IMG/VR virus record: IMGVR_UViG_3300032321_001739
Strand: one strand, 5' to 3'
Source of the DNA: an uncultured virus (IMG/VR IMGVR_UViG_3300032321_001739)
Lineage: Duplodnaviria > Heunggongvirae > Uroviricota > Caudoviricetes
DNA: 53,890 nt
Positions 18,979-27,375 of this stretch are shown here, piece by piece; the stretch's first letter is position 1, and every line of letters starts with the position of its first letter. Position numbers and translations under genes: made by a program. The notes under the pieces are model-generated. The model did not search any database. It was not told the DNA's origin and saw nothing but the letters and a program-made list of their open reading frames with translations.

Positions 18979-20208
18979 ATGATTATTAAAAAGTATGTAG
19001 ATTTTATTAATGAAAAGATGGGTGTTCCTGATAACATTATTACCTCAGCAACCAATCTATATAATTTAATTCTTTCTGACTTTGAAAAAAGAAGTGAAGA
19101 TGATACAACTATATCAGATATGATATCAAATGGTTTTGATGATGAATATCAAATTAACTTACCGATTACAATTGAAGTATCAGATTTGAAATTTAATTCA
19201 GTCGAGTTACAAGTAGGATTATTACCAGCTATATCTTTAGAAAAAGATAAAGTTGATGTCATATCTTGGGGTGTTTCAAATATGCCAGATAGACAAGAGA
19301 AATATAAACTTTATTATGATAAGACTTTAATTGATAATATCGATATGAGAGTTAATTTTGCCATATCTAATGATGCTAAGTTTAGTGATATTTGTGATTA
19401 CTTAATAAAAGATAGGTCTCATACAATTGGTGTTCTTTCACATGAGTTAAAACATGTTTATGATAAGTATATGTTTGGTAAATCATTCTTAGAAGATATA
19501 GTTGATTATCAAACTTGGTCTAATACAAGAACTGGATTTGGAGCAATCGATGAATTTATTTATTATCTATATGTGATATCAAAAACAGAAAGTTTAGTAA
19601 GACCAACTGAAATAGCTGGTGAACTGGTAACATCTGATATAACTAAATCAGATTTCAAAGAGTTCTTACAACAAAACTCTACATATAAAAATCTTATCAC
19701 TATTAAGAATTTCACTTATGATGGATTAAAGAAAGAGCTACTTAAGGACATTGAAAAGGTTAGAAATTTATTTTCTGATTTAACAGATGAAACTGATGAA
19801 GAAGTTGTCGAGTCTGCATTAGATGTAACATATAGAATGATGGTTGGTGAATCAGCTGAAAAAATGGCCGATATATTAAGATTAGGTGATCCACAGTTAC
19901 AAAAAATGAGAGATCTTGAAATGAAGATACTTGGTATGTGTAAAGACACTGAGTTCTTTAAAAAATATGTTAGTAAAAGAATTTTTAATAATACTGATGA
20001 ATTCTTTTTATATTGGGAGAAAAAGCTTAATTTTGAAGCCAATAAAGTTATAAAGAAGATAATAAAACTATACGATATGTGTAAAGACGAAGAGGTAAAT
20101 CCACTAATGGCTAAGATAAGCAATAGAGTTGATGGTCAATGTATTGTTAATCCTAAACTTTATAATGAACTTATAGTAAAGCCTAATATGAAGTATAACG
20201 CTAAGTAA
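18979..20208 (+). CDS. Putative zinc metalloprotease-like protein with leader MIIKKYVDFINEK
   Basis: SHELKH (HExxH) with downstream Glu; TAATATATA 18966-18974. Confidence 0.65.
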   Translation: MIIKKYVDFINEKMGVPDNIITSATNLYNLILSDFEKRSEDDTTISDMISNGFDDEYQINLPITIEVSDLKFNSVELQVGLLPAISLEKDKVDVISWGVSNMPDRQEKYKLYYDKTLIDNIDMRVNFAISNDAKFSDICDYLIKDRSHTIGVLSHELKHVYDKYMFGKSFLEDIVDYQTWSNTRTGFGAIDEFIYYLYVISKTESLVRPTEIAGELVTSDITKSDFKEFLQQNSTYKNLITIKNFTYDGLKKELLKDIEKVRNLFSDLTDETDEEVVESALDVTYRMMVGESAEKMADILRLGDPQLQKMRDLEMKILGMCKDTEFFKKYVSKRIFNNTDEFFLYWEKKLNFEANKVIKKIIKLYDMCKDEEVNPLMAKISNRVDGQCIVNPKLYNELIVKPNMKYNAK

Positions 20209-20221
20209 ATTTCCTAAAACT

Positions 20222-20527
20222 ATGTTTAAATTAAAAGCAAAGTTTATTGGTAAAAACTCATTAGGTTTTATCAATGGTAGAATCTATGAAATGATTTTAA
20301 TCAGTATGCCACATATTGGTAAAGGAATGATAGAGATAGCAACTGAGAATCATAAACCTAAGTTAAGATGCGAATATGGTTCTTGGGAAAAATTTATTCT
20401 TAATTGGGAAATTCTACATTATGATAATATGAATAATGTTCGCGACGCGGAAGTCCATCACACTAAAGTGAATATGGGGTTGAAAGTGGCAGTAAGAGAT
20501 AATAAAATTAATTCAATATTGAAATGA
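20222..20527 (+). CDS. Hypothetical protein, C-terminal tag (RDNKINSIL)
   Basis: ORF track. Confidence 0.7.
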   Translation: MFKLKAKFIGKNSLGFINGRIYEMILISMPHIGKGMIEIATENHKPKLRCEYGSWEKFILNWEILHYDNMNNVRDAEVHHTKVNMGLKVAVRDNKINSILK

Positions 20528-20781
20528 AGTTTAATATAGGAGACCATTTACAGGAGATTGATTCTGTAAATGGTTATGTAGTAGAATCTTTTAGGGATGA
20601 GAGTCCGTCAGCTGACGGATGTGCCGGAGCGCAGCGGAGACCTAGTACAAAAAGTAGTACGAATTGGTATCTATTAGAAAATGATGAATTAGGTTTAGTG
20701 AATCATTGGGTACCTGAGAGTAAGTTAGAACTACATAAACAACCTTTAAGAGATAAGAAACTAAATGAACTTGGAATATGA
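20524..20781 (+). CDS. Hypothetical SH3-like protein, C-terminal tag (RDKKLNELGI), with GC-rich palindromic insert
   Basis: MKFNIGD start. Confidence 0.7.
   Translation: MKFNIGDHLQEIDSVNGYVVESFRDESPSADGCAGAQRRPSTKSSTNWYLLENDELGLVNHWVPESKLELHKQPLRDKKLNELGI
20604..20642. repeat. GC-rich REP-like element with a perfect 16-bp palindrome TCCGTCAGCTGACGGA
   Basis: Palindrome at 20604-20619 followed by tgtgccggagcgcagcggagacc. Confidence 0.55.
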
Positions 20782-20847
20782 ATTGGTGTAAATTATTTGG
20801 ACACAAGTGGAATCATTATGTAAAAACAAATATAATGGCAGAAACAT

Positions 20848-21177
20848 ATGACAATTGAAGAGATTTTAATAGCTTGTCCTGGCTTAGAAAAAGTTACATT
20901 TAATCACTATAAGGATTTCTTAGGTGATGATTTTGACCCAAACAAAACTTGGATTGAAATGGGATTTGATGATTTAGATATTGTCGAACTAATAATGCAT
21001 CTTGAAAAGAAGTTAGACTTTGAGTTTCCAGATTATTTAGTAGATAAAGTATTCGGAATCGATTTAAGTAACAACAGGATTAACGGAAGTTTCAATGGTG
21101 AAACACATCATAATATGAAACCTATCAACTTTATAGAACACATAAGAGAACAGAAGTTAAATGATTTGGGTATATGA
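20848..21177 (+). CDS. Acyl-carrier-protein-like protein lacking the phosphopantetheine Ser, C-terminal tag (REQKLNDLGI)
   Basis: EMGFDDLDIVELIMHLEKKLDFEFPD versus ACP [26 protein letters not shown]. Confidence 0.75.
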   Translation: MTIEEILIACPGLEKVTFNHYKDFLGDDFDPNKTWIEMGFDDLDIVELIMHLEKKLDFEFPDYLVDKVFGIDLSNNRINGSFNGETHHNMKPINFIEHIREQKLNDLGI

Positions 21178-21214
21178 GAAATGAAATACGTTTTTTTGTA
21201 ATATATACTCTACT

Positions 21215-21382
21215 CTTACACTACCAAAAGTAGACTGTAAGGCCTTGTGTCAAGACAAGGAAATGTGTCGATTAAGACTTGACTTAACTTAATTGTTTCG
21301 CCCCAGGCACTGAGCGAACAGGGTTTAAACCCACCTCTCTGTAAAGAGCTGGTCCAGTTGTGGGTAAATCAGTGCCTTTTTT
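21215..21382 (+). ncRNA. Putative structured non-coding RNA of unknown class
   Basis: GC-enriched intergenic segment with at least five stems and two loop-mediated pairings; TAATATATA at 21199-21207; T-run at the 3' end. Confidence 0.6.
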
Positions 21383-21389
21383 AATAACT

Positions 21390-21656
21390 ATGATTATATT
21401 TAATACTATAAAGAAAGCCGAGCACTATGTCAAATTCTGTAATAAGAACTATGACTACTATCATGATGGTTATGATTGGTCTGAGCAAAAGACTTTTATA
21501 GAAGAGGATTTAGTTAAACTAAGAAGTGCAGGTGATGGATGTGGTTGTGGATGTGATAACTATTTATATAATCATACAACTATAATAGGTAGAATCAAAA
21601 AGTTTGATGCTAAGTCTATAAGAGGGCATAAGATAAATGACTTAGGTCTAAAATAA
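21390..21656 (+). CDS. Hypothetical protein (GCGCGC), C-terminal tag (RGHKINDLGL)
   Basis: ATG 21390 preferred over GTG 21360, which lies in the putative RNA. Confidence 0.7.
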   Translation: MIIFNTIKKAEHYVKFCNKNYDYYHDGYDWSEQKTFIEEDLVKLRSAGDGCGCGCDNYLYNHTTIIGRIKKFDAKSIRGHKINDLGLK

Positions 21657-21664
21657 AAAAACTT

Positions 21665-22111
21665 ATGAAGATATTTTGCTACGGGTCTAATATGAACACC
21701 GAAAGAATAACCGAAAGATGTTCTTCTTCCTGTTTTATTAGTCGTGCTAAAATAAGTGGTTATAAGTTAGTCTTTAATAAAAGAAGTAAAGATAAATCAG
21801 GGAAAGCTAATTTAGTCCATACCGGAGATAAGAGTTTAGTATGGGGTGTGATATTTGATATATCAGAAGACCAAAAACCTTTATTAGATGCAGCAGAAGG
21901 CTTAGGAAGGGGATACGATGAGTATAAATTGCAGGTTATAAATGATTTAGAACAAGAAATTGAGTGTGTTTGTTATATAGCAACAGATCCAAAATACTTA
22001 GATGATAACTTAAAGCCATATGATTGGTATGGAGACTTTTGTTTGTTAGGTGCTAAAGAACATAATTTACCCAAAGAATGGATTCTTACTTTAGAACAAC
22101 TAACTAAATAA
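21665..22111 (+). CDS. Gamma-glutamylcyclotransferase (AIG2-like) family protein
   Basis: FCYGSNM, VWGVIF, LDAAEG...Y motifs. Confidence 0.88.
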   Translation: MKIFCYGSNMNTERITERCSSSCFISRAKISGYKLVFNKRSKDKSGKANLVHTGDKSLVWGVIFDISEDQKPLLDAAEGLGRGYDEYKLQVINDLEQEIECVCYIATDPKYLDDNLKPYDWYGDFCLLGAKEHNLPKEWILTLEQLTK

Positions 22112-22114
22112 ATA

Positions 22115-22504
22115 TTATTTATTCTTTAAATTTCCCAGTTTCTTATAAAGACATACAATCTCATCAATAGTAAGGTTGTTTTTCTTTCCATTAATGTCTG
22201 TTGTGCAAGCCACAACGTTTCCTATAACATAACCCTTATCATTGTCTACTCTATCGAATGATCTAGCATTAGGACCATCCTCTGTGAATTGAACATTAGT
22301 ATAAAAACAAGTGCTGTATTCAAGTAGCTTTTTAACATATTCAAAAGTTAAGTCAAAATCTAAGTTCCTACTTTGAGCAGATGAATGTATATTAACTAAT
22401 TTTTTAGCAACTTCGATATCTGGTATTTGAGGTCTCAATTCTTTCTTAACTTCTAATACCACAACAGTATCGGTATCTTCAATCATTTCTTTCTTTTTTC
22501 TCAT
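22115..22504 (-). CDS. His-Me-finger-like protein resembling T4 Srd / HNH-like phage proteins
   Basis: AQSRNLDFDLTF...CFYT...SFDRVDNDKGYVIGNVV...N..K; TATATTTG on minus strand at 22527-22534. Confidence 0.65.
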   Translation of the reverse strand: MRKKKEMIEDTDTVVVLEVKKELRPQIPDIEVAKKLVNIHSSAQSRNLDFDLTFEYVKKLLEYSTCFYTNVQFTEDGPNARSFDRVDNDKGYVIGNVVACTTDINGKKNNLTIDEIVCLYKKLGNLKNK

Positions 22505-22594
22505 AATTATATAAAGCTTTTATAAACAAATATAGTCAAATTGTTTAATCTTTCTTAATATAATAAGAATTATTTAAATTGAATACGTTTTAAA

Positions 22595-22620
22595 TACAGA
22601 AATCTGTTCATTTTTTTGTA
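22595..22620. repeat. TACA-N18-TGTA palindromic site, outlying copy
   Basis: tacagaaatctgttcatttttttgta. Confidence 0.7.
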
Positions 22621-22623
22621 TTT

Positions 22624-24102
22624 TTATGATTTAAAGTTTAAAGGCCCTATCGAACCAGTTGCATATTGTCCAGTTGTTGTCAATACTGATATTGTTATAG
22701 TATCACTTTCAGTAAGTGTAGGTTCTGTTTTCAAAAAGTAAACACCAGCACCTGATTTATAAGGAGTTCCTGAATTATAGATAGTTATACTTGATATAGG
22801 AATATTTTCTGATGATCCATTAATAGCAGTTACTTCTGTATGGTTAATATTTGGATAAACACTTAAAGGATTAATATCCCATAATAAATCTACTATCCAT
22901 GTAAAAGCATCATTTCTAAGAGAATATGTTATATTAGTTATTACACCAGGTGTAGCCGATGTAACATCAATTGTTTTAGTTTTAGAACTCACACCAGATT
23001 CGTTTTTAACATAAAGTGTAACATCATATGAACCACCATTTATAAACGCAACTTCTAAATTAGTAGTGCCTCCATATACCGGAGGTAATGAACCAATTGA
23101 GTTACCAATAATCAAACTAGGACGTTGTGCTTCTGAAGAAACTAAAGACCAATCACCAGATTGAGAACCATCATAACTACTATTAGATTTTTCAGTTCCA
23201 CTTATAAACCAAGCAGTTGATGCTGGTTGATAACCATAACTTAGATTATCAAAGATAACAGATTGAGTTCCACCTACAGAATCTAATAGTTGAACCACTT
23301 TAAAGTCTACATCAGGAATAGGCAGAGGTATATTTAAAGTATACACCTCTGTTCCATAAGTTATAGTATAAACTCCATATGGTGAAGATGTAGCATATGT
23401 AAATGGCATTATCTTAGTTCCTAAGTTAATTGCAGGATCCCCTGGTGTTTCATCAACAGGATTGAATAAAACACTAACTGTTTTACCACTTAAGTAATCA
23501 TTTACCTCAAAAGTTCCTATTCTAACACCTTCAAAAGAAGTTTCATTTATATAATCTAATCTAGCAGGTATTATAGTTTTATTATAATTAGCTTCACCTG
23601 GATCTGATACAAAAATTGAATATGTATATCCATAATCTTCAGAGTAAAGAGAATATGTTCCTTGTAAAACGTCAGGATAACTTGGATTAAGTAAAGAAAT
23701 ATATCCATCTGTGAAAGTCATCTCACCAAGATTTTGAGGAACTCCATTAAAGTTTAGAAATGTATCATTTATTGGTATGTATGTTATATCTACTTTTTTA
23801 TTATTTAAGTTTTGACTCTCTATATGAATATGAGATGGGCTAAAAGAAAGAACTCTATACTCTAAGTCATATCCTGAAATGTAGATCCAACCTAAGTATT
23901 CTGTCAATGAACCACCACCTCCGGCAGCCGTTGTTGAATTTGATGTGTTGAGGTTTTCATACATCCTCATTCTCTTGACCCATTCTTTTCTGGTTAAATC
24001 TCTTTGATGGTTTATTTCATCTAATCTAAATTGTTCTTCATTCAATCTTTGAGACCTTTCAGATTCTATTTGTTTCAATATTTCCTCAATTGACTTACCC
24101 AT
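22624..24102 (-). CDS. Putative structural protein: N-terminal coiled coil, AAGGGG linker, beta-rich PKD/Ig-like region
   Basis: Likely start MGKSIEE at 24102; GSYDVTLYVKN..G PKD-like motif. Confidence 0.6.
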   Translation of the reverse strand: MGKSIEEILKQIESERSQRLNEEQFRLDEINHQRDLTRKEWVKRMRMYENLNTSNSTTAAGGGGSLTEYLGWIYISGYDLEYRVLSFSPSHIHIESQNLNNKKVDITYIPINDTFLNFNGVPQNLGEMTFTDGYISLLNPSYPDVLQGTYSLYSEDYGYTYSIFVSDPGEANYNKTIIPARLDYINETSFEGVRIGTFEVNDYLSGKTVSVLFNPVDETPGDPAINLGTKIMPFTYATSSPYGVYTITYGTEVYTLNIPLPIPDVDFKVVQLLDSVGGTQSVIFDNLSYGYQPASTAWFISGTEKSNSSYDGSQSGDWSLVSSEAQRPSLIIGNSIGSLPPVYGGTTNLEVAFINGGSYDVTLYVKNESGVSSKTKTIDVTSATPGVITNITYSLRNDAFTWIVDLLWDINPLSVYPNINHTEVTAINGSSENIPISSITIYNSGTPYKSGAGVYFLKTEPTLTESDTITISVLTTTGQYATGSIGPLNFKS

Positions 24103-24159
24103 AATTAAAATTAATTTATACGATATATATAAAAGATATAATATCATAGTAAGATAATT

Positions 24160-24190
24160 AAAAAAACCTCATCTGATTAGATGAGGTTTA
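24160..24190. terminator. Intrinsic terminator hairpin AAACCTCATCT-gatt-AGATGAGGTTT
   Basis: 11-bp stem; T-run on minus strand after 24208..24954. Confidence 0.8.
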
Positions 24191-24207
24191 ATTTTATATT
24201 TTGAATA

Positions 24208-24954
24208 TCACATAGTGAATTCTCTCATATCTTTATTCAAAATATTATTTTTAAATAAACTTATAAGAAAAAACTTTTCCTTTGTCATTTGGTCAGGAAA
24301 TGAATCCATTCCTAAATGACTTGGAGTCAGTTCTGCATCAAGGTCTTTAATTTCTTCAATTGGAGTTCCTTTTTCTGGACTTGATAGTATAGATTGTATA
24401 GCCATCGCTATGAAATTCTCTAAACCTGAGTTATCAGAGAATCTTGTTGCTAATCCTTTATCACGCAACAAAGGACCAAAAGGACCCAATACCACAGGAG
24501 AATTATCAACGCCACCTTCACCCATTTTTGAACCTTGTCCCCCGTTTAAGGAATCCGGAGATCGGAATAAAATAATAGGTGATTCTATAAACCCAAGTTC
24601 AATTGGAATAGCTGATAGACCCAATGGATTTGGATAACTCTTTACCTTTACAGGTATATTAAAGTATGTGCCTTTATCCCCTGAAATTAGATTAGTTAAT
24701 TTTCCAGGGTTGACTTTTGTAAACTCAGATATAGGGTTTAATAAGAAATTAACATCGTGTGTAATGATAAATTTATCACCATTTTCCGTTTCTAAAGAAA
24801 ACTCTTCTTTACTAATTTGTTTTTCTGCGTAGTCTCTTACAGCCTTTGCTGCTTTACCAAATCCTTTGTTAGTTGATGTTGCTATCGCAGAAGCACCCTG
24901 TAGTGTTTTGTGAAACTTAGGACTCCAGTCCTCAAATAGTTTAATATACTTCAT
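24208..24954 (-). CDS. Hypothetical protein with leader MKYIKLFED
   Basis: TAATATATA on minus strand at 24978-24986. Confidence 0.7.
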   Translation of the reverse strand: MKYIKLFEDWSPKFHKTLQGASAIATSTNKGFGKAAKAVRDYAEKQISKEEFSLETENGDKFIITHDVNFLLNPISEFTKVNPGKLTNLISGDKGTYFNIPVKVKSYPNPLGLSAIPIELGFIESPIILFRSPDSLNGGQGSKMGEGGVDNSPVVLGPFGPLLRDKGLATRFSDNSGLENFIAMAIQSILSSPEKGTPIEEIKDLDAELTPSHLGMDSFPDQMTKEKFFLISLFKNNILNKDMREFTM

Positions 24955-24996
24955 AATTAATCTTTCTTTTATTATAGTATATATTAACTTCTATTA

Positions 24997-25359
24997 TTAA
25001 TTTTCTGTGATAGATTGTAAATAAATAAGAGGACCAATCATACAAATACTGTCTCTGTTTACTATACAATATTTGATTTCAACAGACTTACCTTCAACTA
25101 AATAATCAGGGGGTATCTTATTGACTGGTTGATAATAAACACCTTCAATTTTTATTACCCAACCACATCCATCTAAATAAAGTTTATGTATAGTTCCCTG
25201 ACGAATTATTAAATACCGAAAAGTAGAGCTATCACCTTTGTTATCTGTTGGTAATTGAGTTCCACACTTTTGAGCGTGTGTGAGATTAATAAATAAACAA
25301 CACATTAAAAAAAGAAGTGTTTTTAAAAGTCTTTTAAATAAAGGTTTGTTTTTACTCAT
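24997..25359 (-). CDS. Exported OB-fold-like hypothetical protein
   Basis: Signal peptide; LDGCGWVI...YQPVN..P motif. Confidence 0.6.
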   Translation of the reverse strand: MSKNKPLFKRLLKTLLFLMCCLFINLTHAQKCGTQLPTDNKGDSSTFRYLIIRQGTIHKLYLDGCGWVIKIEGVYYQPVNKIPPDYLVEGKSVEIKYCIVNRDSICMIGPLIYLQSITEN

Positions 25360-25561
25360 ATACTTCGATATCTATGTTATAAGCATCCTCATAATCAAAA
25401 TCTTCATCTTCTATAATCTTATCACAGTTTTGAAAAAACTCACCACATTCGTCAAATTGTTCATCACCGTCGTTATATAGTGCTAACTCTTCTTCGTCTA
25501 AGATACATGAAAAGGTTGTGATAGTAGATTTTTTCTCACACCAGGTTATTTTTGTAGGCAT
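25352..25561 (-). CDS. Small acidic hypothetical protein
   Basis: ORF track. Confidence 0.55.
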   Translation of the reverse strand: MPTKITWCEKKSTITTFSCILDEEELALYNDGDEQFDECGEFFQNCDKIIEDEDFDYEDAYNIDIEVYE

Positions 25562-25568
25562 ATGTTTA

Positions 25569-26060
25569 TTATTTGATTTTAATATATTTTCTACCTCTGT
25601 TGATGTAGAGAGAATGCATAGGATATGTTGTTATATCTTTAATTTCTCTTCCCATTAAGTCATAGTATTTGTTATCCATTAATGTCGAACTTTGTTGTTC
25701 CTCGATTCCTACAATGCTATCACATAAAAGAATTGTGTATGATCCTTGTGTAACTGGCACTTGTGTTATACAAGCCGGTGGACAATTGCATGGTGGAGCT
25801 GACACAACACAAATTGACATATTACTTGTAGCACTGATTGATGCGGCTTGGCCATACCACATATCTTGAACGATTGAGGATGTGTCTCCAACGGTAAAAA
25901 ATAAAGGACCTTCTATTCCTATCGTATCAATCCAATATCCTGTAATTGAATAAGGACAATTGTTTGGGTTGATAATGTAAAGACCAAAGTTTGTTACGTT
26001 TTGACTAAATATCTTAGTTGTACTCAATAGTAGTAGAGCTCCTAATAGTAATTTTTTCAT
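25569..26060 (-). CDS. Secreted Cys-rich protein with T9SS type-A CTD-like tail
   Basis: Signal peptide ...IFSQ; VGIEE...YYDLMGREI...LYINRGRKYIKIK. Confidence 0.65.
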   Translation of the reverse strand: MKKLLLGALLLLSTTKIFSQNVTNFGLYIINPNNCPYSITGYWIDTIGIEGPLFFTVGDTSSIVQDMWYGQAASISATSNMSICVVSAPPCNCPPACITQVPVTQGSYTILLCDSIVGIEEQQSSTLMDNKYYDLMGREIKDITTYPMHSLYINRGRKYIKIK

Positions 26061-26103
26061 AATGTATTATACTAAATTAAATAAAATTAGTTTTAACATA
26101 AAC

Positions 26104-26134
26104 TTTGTAATATGAATCTTTATCCTTATCTTTG
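26104..26134 (+). promoter_or_regulatory. Bacteroidota promoter TTTG-N19-TATCTTTG with no ORF directly downstream
   Basis: Both -33 and -7 elements at consensus spacing. Confidence 0.6.
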
Positions 26135-26141
26135 TTATGTC

Positions 26142-26230
26142 AAAGATGAGGTAGTAGTAGCGGCAACTACAAGAATCTCACAGACGGGCGGGGGTAAGAC
26201 CACGAAGTAACTCAGAGGCAGGTCGTCTTT
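26142..26230 (+). ncRNA. Candidate small structured RNA
   Basis: GC-rich island directly after a full promoter; two hairpins plus an alternative end-to-end pairing. Confidence 0.4.
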
Positions 26231-26256
26231 ATAATAATTATAAATAACAAAAATAA

Positions 26257-26282
26257 TACAAAATTCTGCACGTTTTTCTGTA
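26257..26282. repeat. TACA-N18-TGTA palindromic site
   Basis: tacaaaattctgcacgtttttctgta. Confidence 0.8.
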
Positions 26283-26343
26283 TATTATCATTATCTTTAC
26301 TTAAAAAGATTTAATCAAGAAGTTAATTGAAATTGTAAAAAGA

Positions 26344-26375
26344 TTTGTGAGAGTCATATAAAATGACTATCTTTG
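26344..26375 (+). promoter_or_regulatory. Bacteroidota promoter TTTG-N20-TATCTTTG
   Basis: Upstream of 26403. Confidence 0.65.
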
Positions 26376-26402
26376 TAGTATAATAATCATAACCACTACA
26401 CT

Positions 26403-26855
26403 ATGTCTATCCCTTACACATCAACCTCAATCGCCATCAAAGGTTACTCCGAATCACCTCTCGCTAAATCCGAAAGAAGAGACTGCGTTGTTAGAGCCGT
26501 AGCATCAGCTTATGATATACACTACGATAAAGCCCACAAATGGGTAGCAGATAACTTTAAAAGAAAACCTAAGAAAGGAACCTACGGGTTCCCTATCGGT
26601 ATGAATAAGATGTCTGATAACAAAACTCGCTTCAACTATAAAAGAACTAAAACCATCGATCCTAAATTCCTCACCACTAATGGAGGAAAGAGTAAAATGA
26701 CTGTAGGGACCTTTGTTAAAGAATATGATAAAGGCACATACATCGTAAGAGTATCTGGTCACGCTTTTACCATTAAAGATGGTTCAGTTATTGGTAATCC
26801 AAATGACGCTGAGCAAATCAGAAAAGTGGTTAAGAATGCTTGGAAAATAGGATAA
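26403..26855 (+). CDS. Phage protein with DCVVRA...HAF motif (possible Cys-His peptidase-like fold)
   Basis: RRDCVVRAVASA; GTYIVRVSGHAFTIKDG. Confidence 0.7.
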   Translation: MSIPYTSTSIAIKGYSESPLAKSERRDCVVRAVASAYDIHYDKAHKWVADNFKRKPKKGTYGFPIGMNKMSDNKTRFNYKRTKTIDPKFLTTNGGKSKMTVGTFVKEYDKGTYIVRVSGHAFTIKDGSVIGNPNDAEQIRKVVKNAWKIG

Positions 26856-26940
26856 CTAAACACTAACCCTAATTATTTATCTTAGAGGTTCCGAGTTATG
26901 TGAAGGGTGGAGACCCTCAGAGACCTAAGAAATGATTATA

Positions 26941-26966
26941 TACAGAATTATGCACGTTTTTCTGTA
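26941..26966. repeat. TACA-N18-TGTA palindromic site (24/26 identical to 26257-26282)
   Basis: tacagaattatgcacgtttttctgta. Confidence 0.8.
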
Positions 26967-27059
26967 TCAATATTAAAAATACGCATAATCTTTAATGCTC
27001 TACGATTCCTTATGGCAATCCTCCACAAATGATACTCAACATCAAAATTTAAATTGATT

Positions 27060-27245
27060 CTACTCTTTCCCATCTTTGATATCCATAAACTTCTTTATAA
27101 TCAACTCAACCATCTTCGAACGGTCATAACCATTCGCCTCACAGTAGTCATTGAACCGTTGATAGACGCCATTGTCAATAGTTGCCATAAGGCGAAACTT
27201 TTCTACGTTGGCTTTTTTTGCTTCGTCAAATTCATCTTCTTCCAT
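27060..27245 (-). CDS. Ribbon-helix-helix (CopG/Arc-like) DNA-binding protein
   Basis: LMATIDNGVYQRFNDYCEANGYDRSKMVELIIKKFM. Confidence 0.7.
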   Translation of the reverse strand: MEEDEFDEAKKANVEKFRLMATIDNGVYQRFNDYCEANGYDRSKMVELIIKKFMDIKDGKE

Positions 27246-27375
27246 AATAATCTATATATCAAATCTGTTTTAGTTTCTTTGTTCAGTTATGACGAACAAT
27301 CGTAAGTAAATGTAATGGCTGACTCAACAGTTTTGGCACAAACTTACAAGAACGAATAGGATCAACACAAAATGA

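Noticed and set aside
20778..20858. 26-aa ORF MNWCKLFGHKW (DUF1660-like start, similar to 27774)
   Set aside because: Lacks the second Cys pair and overlaps the next start; probably a truncated remnant, so not called as a gene.
21306..21335. ZTP (pfl) riboswitch resemblance (ACTG.GCGAACAGG...CCACC); similar weak match at 26182-26203
   Set aside because: The conserved GGGGAG and the downstream CGCCTGGGC pseudoknot hairpin are missing.
21305..21377. tRNA-Tyr-like element (GGCACTG/CAGTGCC acceptor-like stem, CTGTAAA loop)
   Set aside because: No 5-bp anticodon stem around a 7-nt loop, no TTCRA T-loop, no D-arm and no CCA. Kept only as part of the unknown RNA.
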